Shown: piece after piece, positions 52,801 through 64,000 of the stretch
Layout: each line of letters starts with the position of its first letter
Position numbering within the stretch: position 1 is the stretch's first letter
Source: Antedon mediterranea
Taxonomy: Eukaryota > Animalia > Echinodermata
Assembly (NCBI RefSeq): GCF_964355755.1
Contig: NC_092672.1
Coordinates: forward strand, 22,271,237 to 22,335,236
Direction of reading: 5' to 3'
DNA: 64,000 nucleotides
Position numbers and translations under genes: made by a program
The notes under the pieces: generated by a model
The model's database searches: none
What the model was told of the DNA's origin: nothing
The model's input: only the letters and a program-made list of their open reading frames with translations

Positions 52801-55800
52801 GACCTTTGTGGACATCTGCCTGACATACTGTTTCCATATTTAGTGATTGATTTCATTAATGAATATCAGAAGGAGACAGAAGATGAACCACAACTATCCC
52901 ATAATCATGCTGAGCTCTACATAGACCAATGTCATAATGTGATTCTGTCTCTTGTTCAATTGGTAACTAAAGAAGATGAACGAAAGTTCATGTTAAAGGT
53001 GACATTAAATCTTAAATTTAAACTATCAATAGTGTAATGTTATATTTTGGTGCTATTAAATATGTTATATACAAGTGTGCGACAATAATGCATGCAATAG
53101 CTTTCAAATCCTAAAATTAATATGCTACAACAGATCAAGTGCATATAAAAACTAGAATGGCACTCTGAGAGTTCATACCTCCGCCTACTGTAAAATTCTT
53201 AATGCTGCGTGTGATTGGGCTAATTTCACTACAACAATTTTTATGCAAGTTTGGTGTAAATTTTATTTAACCAGCCTTTCAACTGACAATAGTTTCAGTT
53301 GACTATCAATAGAACAGCAACGACAAAAACAAGAAATTGAAATTCCAGTTTATTTGTTACTTTGAGACTGCTCGCCATCTTTTGAAAATTCTCTCTAATC
53401 TTTTAACACTAGCAGATCTGAAATAATAATAAAATGTCCAGAATTGGCATCCTGAGATCCATAAGATTTATTACAAACATAATAGACAAATAAACTTATG
53501 TACTTTAAAATGTTTGTCTTTAGGCAACAATTAAAGGCAGAATGGCAATTGCAGAAACAGCTACCACAGAATGTGAACCTTCTCCTGAAGCATGTAAACA
53601 GGTATGTTATGATTTCTTTTAAAACATGCACCATTGGTGGCGACATTCAATATTTTTATTCGTCGATAAGTCCAGAAAATATGAATACACCGCACAATGA
53701 ATATGTAGTACCGGGACGATTCGGCCAGGAGACGATTCGTGTACATACATCATTTCTGACAGGGGACATAATCATAATTGGCATATATTTCGCATCTTAC
53801 AAGACTTATTTTCAGTACATGTTCAAATCTCACACACATAGTTTCCAGAGGCGTTGGCCATGTTTTAGAAATTCCCAGTAGAGTGAAGCGAACAAACTCT
53901 CTAGTTAAAAGGAATTATCAACTTTATTTTCTTACAGGTTATGTCAACGCTTGAGATGTCTTTCAAACATTCTAAAGATGGTGGTAGAAGGGGCATTAAA
54001 TTCCATCGATGCATTCCCTGTGATTGTAGTAAGACATCTGAGAAGAAACACATGCAAATTCTTGGAGATTTCCAGGAAGAGATGTTGCCATGCAAAGGAG
54101 ATCGGATGAATGTTAAACGCTACAAGAGGCTATTTGGCAGTAAGTTCAGCAATACTAGAGTACAAATTATACAAATCACTGGTGCATTGTATTTCAGATT
54201 AAATTTTATGGGAAGGGGCTTTATTTTAGATTTTGGATCATTTGCCATAAGTAGCATTTAGTGTATACTTTTACTGCTTCCTTATCTATTATTGTAATAG
54301 AAGTGTAGATATATACAGGTAATGATTCAACAAATTACATGTAATAGAATTTAAACAATAACTATGAAGCGGTTAAAATATGTGCAACAAGATCATCATC
54401 ATTATCACCCTACATAAATGAATAGAATAAACTTTAAAACGTCATTAAAGACAAGCAATTACCCATAATGTTTAATGTCTGGTAAACAAGCATCATGACA
54501 CTAGCAGTGGTACTGTGGCTTGGTGTATTACTGTACATTAGTCCTTGGTTCAAATCATAATACTAAGATGTTTCTCATGACCCAACAACAACACCGCAAT
54601 TTACATAGACGAGTGATAATGGTAAGCGGTAAACTGCACGCTTGTCCTACGTAAGATCTATATCTATCCTGAGTGGGTTTCCACTAAACCGCCATCCACG
54701 TTTAAAAAACATAGATTCTGTATTTTTGTTTTTCATTACCCCTTACAGTTCACGCTCATCTGTGTAAATTGGCCTTAAGCCTAATATTAATCCCGATTTA
54801 TAAAATATGGATTTGTATTTCATCTGTAATTGGTGAGTTATGTTCTTGCTTTTGGATCTGCTGCGTTAAAATTATATATACATACCATAATGGTATGTTA
54901 CTAAACTTTACAGGTTTAAACTACTGTAGTATTGTATGACAAGCAATTGGTCATATGATGTCAACACAAATACCCTTTTTAATTCAACAGTGAGTTTAAA
55001 CTGCCTAGTTAAATACATGCATTCTTTTTTATTTGTATCAGTATTGTTATCATCATTATAAATGCACTTTTCATATTAGTGTATCAATAAATAGGCCTGA
55101 AAATAAAGTGTTCATTCAAGTAAGCATTCGTAGCTGATGGGGCCATTTATTCAAAAGCCACTGCTGTCATCACACATAATGTTTACACAGAATACCACAA
55201 TGATCACCTTTTCAAAGCAACATATTTTATTTCGTCATTAGTAGTCGCATTACATGTATGCACAGTATTTGTTGTGGTTTGTTTCTAAAATGTTAATAAT
55301 AATTATAATTCTGAATCAAAGAAAAGTATATTCTTATTTTGTAGATGAAAGAACAAGAGAATTGATGAAGCTAGCAAAAAAGCTAGGCAATGAATGGGAA
55401 CAACTGGCTGTGTTTCTTGGGTTCACTAAGGCAGAGCTTGATGGCTTTAAATATGGCAATCGTAACATGCTAGGAGCAATATTCAGCATGCTAGACACTT
55501 GCTGCAAGAAGGCAGGTACTAGCAAGTCATGGAATATACAACTCACTAAAGCACTCAGAGAAATTGATAGACACGATTTAGCAGATGAAGTCAAAAGTAA
55601 GCTATAAACAGTGTTCTAAAAACTGCTAATAATTTTAGCCCTATCATCAGCATCCTTTTCAATTTTTTATAAATACATTTTTGTTAAATATGTTTTACGT
55701 TTCATTATAGAGTTGATGTCTATAACATAGTATATTTTCACAACTTCCCATACAATACATTTCTTTTTTTTTGTAACACCATTGTTGGTATTTTAATATT

Positions 55801-56504
55801 TTTTACGTTTCATTATAAGTCTATAACTTAGTTTTCTTCCACGCCATTCCATTTTGTATTATATTATAGTTTCTTAGCAGCTTTTGGTCTGATTTTAATA
55901 AATAAATAAAACATTGTTCCAACAACAGCAACTAAAACATTGATTGTTTTATACTTTTATACTTTTGTACTCATTTTCATGTGCTTACAATTTAGATAAA
56001 GAATCTCAATTATTTTCCATGTATTTGGTTTGATAATGAACAACTATTTTGATTTTCAATGAATATATACAATTGCCCAGCAGGTAATTTAGTGATATTT
56101 TGTTTAAGTAATACTGTAGTAAGACAATGTATTCTCCACATTCAACTTGTTATGAAAAAATGTTATTCCTATTACATTAAATTTAATATCAGTGTGTGAA
56201 ATCTCAAATGTGAAAGAAATAAGAGAAAAATCTTTTTGTTTTCTTAGATGAAGCATCTAAAGAATTAATGGAATTAGCCAAAAAACTTGGCAGTGAGTGG
56301 GAACAAGTTGCAATATTCCTAGAGTTTGCAAAGGCTGACCTTGATCGCTTTAAGCAAGACAATCATGGTTACTTGCTAGGAGCAATCTTCAGTATGCTGG
56401 ATGCATGGTACAGGAAGTCGTCAGGTACTATGTCACAACTCATTGAAGCCCTTAAACAAGCTAACAGAAATGACTTAGCAGATGAAGTTAAATGCAGGCT
56501 ATGA
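46812..56504 (+). CDS. Second ROCO-family gene (partial Roc, COR, 2 death domains); no P-loop or start exon visible
   Basis: Tentative micro-exons 46812-46827, 46956-47002, 47114-47148, 47509-47533; firm exons 48219-48370 (G3 IWDHGGQ), 48903-48992 (VYVAVFDLS), 49479-49658 (VVGTHK), 50080-50322 (VENS, IPLKWMRF), 51266-51463 (LNFLYDLGDIIY), 52134-52328, 52687-52998, 53524-53601, 53938-54139, 55345-55596, 56248-56504 (TGA). Exon borders match ROCO gene 1. Confidence 0.82.
49125..49352 (+). mobile_element. Dispersed repeat containing a tRNA-like remnant (copy 2)
   Basis: Homologous to the reverse complement of 14995-15250; keeps ATGGTTAGGACATCTGCATATCAGGCAGAAGGTTCCGGGT but has lost both acceptor-stem strands. 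Confidence 0.65.
50362..50860 (+). mobile_element. Degenerate LINE fragment (endonuclease C-terminus and linker, Rex/Babar-like)
   Basis: Frameshifted peptides PDYIILVIGDVN..QYINKPT..LGASNHNTICMLPKYRQ and NNVIPIK..HNKPW resemble APE-domain GDFN/SDH motifs and the N.KPW linker. Confidence 0.6.
55345..55596 (+). CDS. Death-domain exon 1 of ROCO gene 2
   Basis: ELMKLAKKLGNEWEQLAVFLGF...IFSML...LTKALREIDRHDLADEVK; phase 1-1. Confidence 0.85.
56248..56504 (+). CDS. Death-domain exon 2 of ROCO gene 2
   Basis: ELMELAKKLGSEWEQVAIFLEF...IFSMLDAW...LIEALKQANRNDLADEVK; clear duplicate of the previous exon. Confidence 0.85.
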
Positions 56505-56614
56505 AAACAATGATTTTTTGAATGTCACTGCCTACAACCAGCAGCATCACTGTCATTGAAATAATGTTGACTTGTGCATTTATCTATTGTGTATATTAAA
56601 ATTAAATGTCATTC

Positions 56615-58900
56615 ACCAAGGCATTTATTGGTCTTCCTGGTTGTATTCCAACCTTCCAGTTCATTTTTATTGTTTACAATAACTCAACAGTCTCACAATA
56701 GATTGTAAATCAATTAAATGTAATTTACCAAGGCATTGATTGGTCTTCCTGGTTGTATTCTAACCTTCAAGTTCATTTGTATTGTTTACAATAACTCAAC
56801 AGTCTCACAATAGATTGTAAATCAATTAAATGTAATTTACCAAGGCATTGATTGGTCTTCTTGGTTGTATTCTAACCTTCCAGTTCATTTGTATTGTTTA
56901 CAATAACTCAACAGTCTCACAATAGATTGTAAATCAATTAAATGTAATTTACCAAGGCATTGATTGGTCTTCTTGGTTGTATTCTAACCTTCCAGTTCAT
57001 TTGTATTGTTTACAATAACGCAACAGTCTCACAATAGATTGTAAATCAATTAAATGTAATTTACCAAGGCATTGATTGGTCTTCTTGGTTGTATTCTAAC
57101 CTTCCAGTTCATTTGTATTGTTTACAATAACTCAACAGTCTCACAATAGATTGTAAATCAATTAAATGTAATTTACCAAGGCATTGATTGGTCTTCTTGG
57201 TTGTATTCTAACCTTCCAGTTCATTTGTATTGTTTACAATAACTCAACAGTCTCAAAATAGATTGTAAATCAATTAAATGTAATTTACCAAGGCATTGAT
57301 TGGTCTTCTTGGTTGTATTCTAACCTTTCAGCTCATTTGTATTGTTTACAATAACTCAACAGTCTCACAATAGATTGTAAATCAATTAAATGTAATTTAC
57401 CAAGGTATTGATTGGTCTTATTGGTTGTATTCTAACCTTTCAGCTCATTTGTATTGTTTACAATAACTCAACAGTCTCACAATAGATTGTAAATCAATTA
57501 AATGTAATTTACCAAGGTATTGATTGGTCTTCTTGGTTGTACTCTAACCTTCTAGTTCATTTGTATTGTTTACAATAACTCAACAGTCTCACAATAGATT
57601 GTAAATCAATTAAATGTAATTTACCAAGGCATTGATTGGTCTTCTTGGTTGTATTCTAACCTTTCAGTTCATTTGTATTGTTTACAATAACTCAACAGTC
57701 TCACAATAGATTGTAAATCAATTAAATGTAATTTACCAAGGTATTGATTGGTCTTATTGGTTGTATTCTAACCTTTCAGCTCATTTGTATTGTTTACAAT
57801 AACTCAACAGTCTCACAATAGATTGTAAATCAATTAAATGTAATTTACCAAGGTATTGATTGGTCTTCTTGGTTGTACTCTAACCTTCTAGTTCATTTGT
57901 ATTGTTTACAATAACTCAACAGTCTCACAATAGATTGTAAATCAATTAAATGTAATTTACCAAGGTATTGATTGGTCTTATTGGTTGTATTCTAACCTTT
58001 CAGCTCATTTGTATTGTTTACAATAACTCAACAGTCTCACAATAGATTGTAAATCAATTAAATGTAATTTACCAAGGTATTGATTGGTCTTCTTGGTTGT
58101 ACTCTAACCTTCTAGTTCATTTGTATTGTTTACAATAACTCAACAGTCTCACAATAGATTGTAAATCAATTAAATGTAATTTACCAAGGCATTGATTGGT
58201 CTTCTTGGTTGTATTCTAACCTTTCAGCTCATTTGTATTGTTTACAATAACTCAACAGTCTCACAATAGATTGTAAATCAATTAAATGTAATTTACCAAG
58301 GTATTGATTGGTCTTATTGGTTGTATTCTAACCTTTCAGCTCATTTGTATTGTTTACAATAACTCAACAGTCTCACAATAGATTGTAAATCAATTAAATG
58401 TAATTTACCAAGGTATTGATTGGTCTTCTTGGTTGTATTCTAATTCTAGTTCATTTGTATTGTTTACAATAACTCAACAGTCTCAAAATAGATTGTAAAT
58501 CAATTAAATGTAATTTACCAAGGTATTGATTGGTCTTATTGGTTGTATTCTAACCTTTCAGCTCATTTGTATTGTTTACAATAACTCAACAGTCTCACAA
58601 TAGATTGTAAATCAATTAAATGTAATTTACCAAGGTATTGATTGGTCTTCTTGGTTGTATTCTAATTCTAGTTCATTTGTATTGTTTACAATAACTCAAC
58701 AGTCTCACAATAGATTGTAAATCAATTAAATGTAATTTACCAAGGTATTGATTGGTCTTCTTGGTTGTATTCTAACCTTCTAGTTCATTTGTATTGTTTA
58801 CAATAACTCAACAGTCTCACAATAGATTGTAAATTAATTAAATGTAATTTACCAAGGCATTGATTGGTCTTCTTGGTTGTATTCTAACCTTTCAACTCAT
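56615..58900. repeat. Satellite, 112-bp unit, ~20 copies
   Basis: ACCAAGG(C/T)ATTGATTGGTCTTCTTGGTTGTATTCTAACC... recurs at 56727, 56839 and onward. Confidence 0.96.
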
Positions 58901-59631
58901 TATATACTAGTATAATGAAAACAAATACACAGTTGTGTCCACAATTTAAACATTAAATATGACCACCTGCAATACCATAAGTTACAATTTACAACGTTCA
59001 TATGAATTCGTTAAAATATTGGTATGTTGCAACTTGAATTGGATAAATCATATCAACAATTATGGCGGCAGTACACAACCACATTGATGGATTGGAAGTT
59101 GAAGGATTTTTAGATTTACAATTGCAACAAATCAAACTGTACAACAGTATGTTTGTAAATACAATTTGTTTTGTATCCTTGTTGTCCTTTATTATTAGTA
59201 TAATACAAAATATGTGTATTTCCAGTTTCAAACTTATTAACATTCACTTGGAAACAGACTAATGTATACATTATAAAGTGTAGATCATTTAATCATAATC
59301 ATAATTAAGAATAAATGTTAGTTACTATAAGAATATTCTGCAATTTTAACGCCATTTTGTAAACTTTTTTTTATAATTTAATTTTTTTACTGCCATATAA
59401 TCAAGTTTAGTTTCTAGATGTTTGTTTTACTTTGTTTTTCTGAATAAAGAAACCTTTATATGTTAGTCTTTAGATGTGTATGGTGTTAACCAAATTAACC
59501 AAATGTATTTCTATGTATAAATTTTTCAAATTATTTTGTTAAAGCTAACTACTTTTCTTTACTATGATACCAGTTATTCCGATATTTACTGTTCAATTCA
59601 ATTTCGTAACCGATATATGGCTAGAAATACC

Positions 59632-61650
59632 ATTCAACGGCATGGTCCAATCTAATGCATGGTATTGATGCTTCTATACAATATTCTTATCTGTTAATAC
59701 ATTCAAATACAGTACTATTCAAAGGCATAGTCCAATCTAATGCATGGTATTGATGCTTCTATACAACATTCTTATCTGTTAATACATTCAAATACAGTAC
59801 TATTCAAAGGCATAGTCCAATCTAATGGATTGTATTGATGCTTCTATACAACATTCTTATCTGTTAATACATTCAAATACAGTACTATTCAAAGGCATAG
59901 TCCAATCTAATGGATGGTATTGATGCTTCTATACAACATTCTTATCTGTTAATACATTCAAATACAGTACTATTCAAAGGCATAGTCCAATCTAATGCAT
60001 GGTATTGATGCTTCTATACAACATTCTTATCTGTTAATACATTCAAATACAGTACTATTCAAAGGCATAGTCCAATCTAATGCATGGTATTGATGCTTCT
60101 ATACAACATTCTTATCTGTTAATACATTCAAATATAGTACTATTCAAAGGCATAGTCCAATCTAATGCTTGGTATTGATGCTTCTGTACAACATTCTTAT
60201 CTGTTAATACATTCAAATACAGTACTATTCAAAGGCATAGTCCAATCTAATAGATGGTATTGATGCTTCTATACAACATTCTTATCTGTTAATACATTCA
60301 AATACAGTACTATTCAAAGGCATAGTCCAATCTAATGGATGGTATTGATGCTTCTATACAACATTCTTATCTGTTATACATTCAAATACAGTACTATTCA
60401 AAGGCATAGTCCAATCTAATGCAAGGTATTGATGCTTCTATACAACATTCTTATCTGTTAATACATTCAAATACAGTACTATTCAAAGGCATAGTCCAAT
60501 CTAATACATGGTATTGATGCTTCTATACAACATTCTTATCTGTTAATACATTCAAATACAGTACTATTCAAAGGCATTGTCCAATCTAATGCATGGTATT
60601 GATGCTTCTATACAACATTCTTATCTGTTAATACATTCAAATACAGTACTATTCAAAGGCATAGTCCAATCTAATGGATGGTATTGATGCTTCTATACAA
60701 CATTCTTATCTGTTATACATTCAAATACAGTACTATTCAAAGGCATTGTCCAATCTAATGGATGGTACTGATGCTTCTATACAACATTCTTATCTGTAAT
60801 ACATTCAAATACAGTACTATTCAAAGGCATAATCCAATCTAATGGATGGTATTGATGCTTCTATACAACATTCTTATCTGTTAATACATTCAAATACAGT
60901 ACTATTCAAAGGCATAATCCAATCTAATGGATGGTATTGATGCTTCTATACAACATTCTTATCTGTTAATACATTCAAATACAGTACTATTCAAAGGCAT
61001 AATCCAATCTAATGCAAGGTATTGATGCTTCTATACAACATTCTTATCTGTTAATACATTCAAATACAGTACTATTCAAAGGCATAGTCCAATCTAATAC
61101 ATGGTATTGATGCTTCTATACAACATTCTTATCTGTTAATACATTCAAATACAGTACTATTCAAAGGCATTGTCCAATCTAATGCATGGTATTGATGCTT
61201 CTATACAACATTCTTATCTGTTAATACATTCAAATACAGTACTATTCAAAGGCATAGTCCAATCTAATGGATGGTATTGATGCTTCTATACAACATTCTT
61301 ATCTGTTATACATTCAAATACAGTACTATTCAAAGGCATTGTCCAATCTAATGGATGGTACTGATGCTTCTATACAACATTCTTATCTGTAATACATTCA
61401 AATACAGTACTATTCAAAGGCATAATCCAATCTAATGGATGGTATTGATGCTTCTATACAACATTCTTATCTGTTAATACATTCAAATACAGTACTATTC
61501 AAAGGCATAATCCAATCTAATGGATTGTATTGATGCTTCTATACAACATTCTTATCTGTTAATACATTCAAATACAGTACTATTCAAAGGCATAATCCAA
61601 TCTAATGGATGGTATTGATGCTTCTATACAACATTCTCATCTGTTAATAC
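59632..61650. repeat. Satellite, ~85-bp unit, ~24 copies
   Basis: TTCAAAGGCATAGTCCAATCTAATG..TGGTATTGATGCTTCTATACAACATTCTTATCTGTTAATACATTCAAATACAGTACTA repeated. Confidence 0.96.
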
Positions 61651-61893
61651 TTTCAAAATTATAAAAGATCAATTATTATCAACCTATTGGTAAGATCAAT
61701 ATATATATATGTCATGTTATAAGCCTGTTATATAATCTGTCAACATTTTTTGTTTTAGTATTTTATGTTTTTAATATAATCATGTTTGTAATTGTTATTA
61801 TGTTTTTAGGCATGTAGTACATATCATGTTTGTAATTATTATCGTACGAGTTTGCTATTTTTTGGTCATTCTTTCCATTTAAATTGTCAGAAA

Positions 61894-62196
61894 TCAATTG
61901 TGATACATCTAGTGAATCACACAAATCGATGAGAACATTTTAGAGATTGGTTACCCTCTCATTATGCCCAGTCTCTCAGCTGAAATATGTCAGGAGTCAA
62001 TTGTGATACATCTAGTGAACCGCACAAATTGATGAGAACATTTAAGAGATTGGTTACCCTCTCATTATACCCAGTCTCTCAGCTGAAATATGTCAGGAGT
62101 CAATTGTGATACATCTAGTGAACCGCACAAATTGATGAGAACATTTAAGAGATTGGTTACCCTCTCATTATACCCAGTCTCTCAGCTGAAATGTGT
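61894..62196. repeat. Tandem repeat, ~103-bp unit, 3 copies
   Basis: TCAATTGTGATACATCTAGTGAA...CCAGTCTCTCAGCTGAAAT three times. Confidence 0.9.
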
Positions 62197-62357
62197 CCTA
62201 TGTGTTTACATCCCTGATATGATGTTATATAGGCCTATATTCTAAAAAGAGAGATGGGAACTAATAAACTGACTCTGAAACAAAAATTATTAAAGTAAAA
62301 CATGCAAACTAGATTGAAAATGAAAGCCATTTATTCTATGATTGTACACAGCTAATT

Positions 62358-62903
62358 ATTATGTTATGATACCATATTATATAGGAATCAGTTGTTAATA
62401 TGTTATGATACCATATTATATAGGAATCAGTTGTTAATATGTTATGATACCATATTATATATGAATCAGTTGTTAATATGTTATGATACCATATTATATA
62501 GGAATCAGTTGTTAATATGTTATGATACCATTATTATATAGGAATCAGTTGTTAATATGTTATGATACCATATTATATAGGAATCAGTTGTTAATATGTT
62601 ATGATACCATATTATATAGGAATCAGTTGTTAATATGTTATGATACCATTATTATATAGGAATCAGTTGTTAATATGTTATGATACCATATTATATAGGA
62701 ATCAGTTGTTAATATGTTATGATACCATATTATATAGGAATCAGTTGTTAATATGTTATGATACCATATTATATAGGAATCAGTTGTTAATATGTTATGA
62801 TACCATATTATATAGGAATCAGTTGTTAATATGTTATGATACCATATTATATAGGAATCAGTTGTTAATATGTTATGATACCATTATTATATAGGAATCA
62901 GTT
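62358..62903. repeat. Minisatellite, 39-bp unit, ~14 copies
   Basis: ATGTTATGATACCATATTATATAGGAATCAGTTGTTAAT repeated; explains ORF 62640-62894. Confidence 0.95.
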
Positions 62904-63599
62904 TATAAAATGTAGTGTTAACTATCTGTCGGTTATTTTGTACACCAAAGCAGATGTATTTTGTGATGTAGTTAAATATCTATGGACGTTTTATTACGAA
63001 AGGAAAATTATAAAACACATTTTAAATATTTTTATATCACTATTTTGAATATAAAGTATTACAGTACTAAATTGTTTATATTTGTATGATAAAATAATTA
63101 TAAATGAATAAAAGCGGGATGATATTTCCATGAAATATTTCTAATTACTGTGATAATAATTTGTATATATTGAACTTAATTCATTTTAAATCTGTGTCGT
63201 TGTAAGAAGAGAACACCTCAATTATTGCATCCGCGTCTCTTTGGTTGCCGTTTAAATATCACGTCATCGTTCATCATCATTGCCGTTCGTGTTCATTATC
63301 ATTGTCACTATCGTCATTATTATCAAATCATTATTCGTCACCATCATTCGAAACTGTATATTAAAATGTAACGGATTCTTTCGGAATTCTGTGTGTCACC
63401 TCATTAGTGCAGCAATGTGTACTAATTCGTGTCTTTAAATTTTCTCTAGACTTAAAAAGTACGTAATTAAATGCACCGTGCAGGAATCAGTAACTTCCAG
63501 AAAGAGATCCAAATACTTTGAGGAACTGTAAGCACGCCGAAAAAAAAACCACTCATCATGGTGAAGTGAACATGAACAAGGTCAACAGCCATAAGTCGC

Positions 63600-63685
63600 A
63601 TGCTAAAACGCATAGTGATACCGGACCGACAGACCGACCGACCGACATAGTGAACTATAGAGTCGCGTCCACGCGACCAAAAATA
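63600..63685 (+). mobile_element. Possible end of a Helentron/HINE-like non-autonomous element
   Basis: (GACC)n microsatellite followed by the stem-loop GTCGCGT-CC-ACGCGAC and an A run. Confidence 0.35.
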
Positions 63686-64000
63686 GTAGGCAAACATCAT
63701 GAGTAAAAAAAGGTCACGATAACTGGTGTGTAATACAAAATTGCTCAGTTGACCATAAATACAATAATATGATAATACGTCATAATCATCGTAACCAACA
63801 ACATTAAAAAGTTAGATTATTCCTCATGAATGTTATAAATAATAAACTGAATGAAGCTACTCTAAATAAATATAAAGTTTAGATAGGAGTTAAACGCTTA
63901 ATGATGAGACCAGTGAGTTTGCAGAATTTGATAATTACCAACCTAATACAAAAAATAGAAAGACAAAAAGGAGGTGGTCTATATTGCCAACGGAACTATT

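Noticed and set aside
62640-62894. 84-aa ORF with a 13-aa repeat
   Set aside because: Translation of the 39-bp minisatellite.

Overview
AT-rich, intron-containing animal (invertebrate-type) genomic DNA, not prokaryotic; most ORF-track entries are exon fragments or noise. Manual GT-AG splicing gives four gene models: (1) the 3' part of a ROCO-type gene (Roc C-terminal half, COR, three death domains), + strand, 624-7560; (2) a complete 23-exon unconventional myosin XIX (MYO19, ~1100 aa), - strand, 10457-38707; (3) only the first five exons of OGFOD2, + strand, 41003-44438, with no catalytic 2OG-Fe(II) half found; (4) directly after it, a second Roc-COR-death-death gene (~46.8-56.5 kb) with no visible P-loop exons, whose exon phases would allow an in-frame OGFOD2-ROCO chimera. 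MYO19 intron 1 holds a 5.56-kb non-coding foldback element (9-bp target-site duplication, ~50 internal hairpin units) nested in a TA-flanked MITE. Five MYO19 exons have tandem arrays made of their own splice junction, and an 86-bp perfect palindrome covers the OGFOD2 exon-5 acceptor. There are also several MITEs, LINE fragments, a repeat containing a tRNA-like segment, and many minisatellites. All gene models were built by eye with no database searches or expression data.
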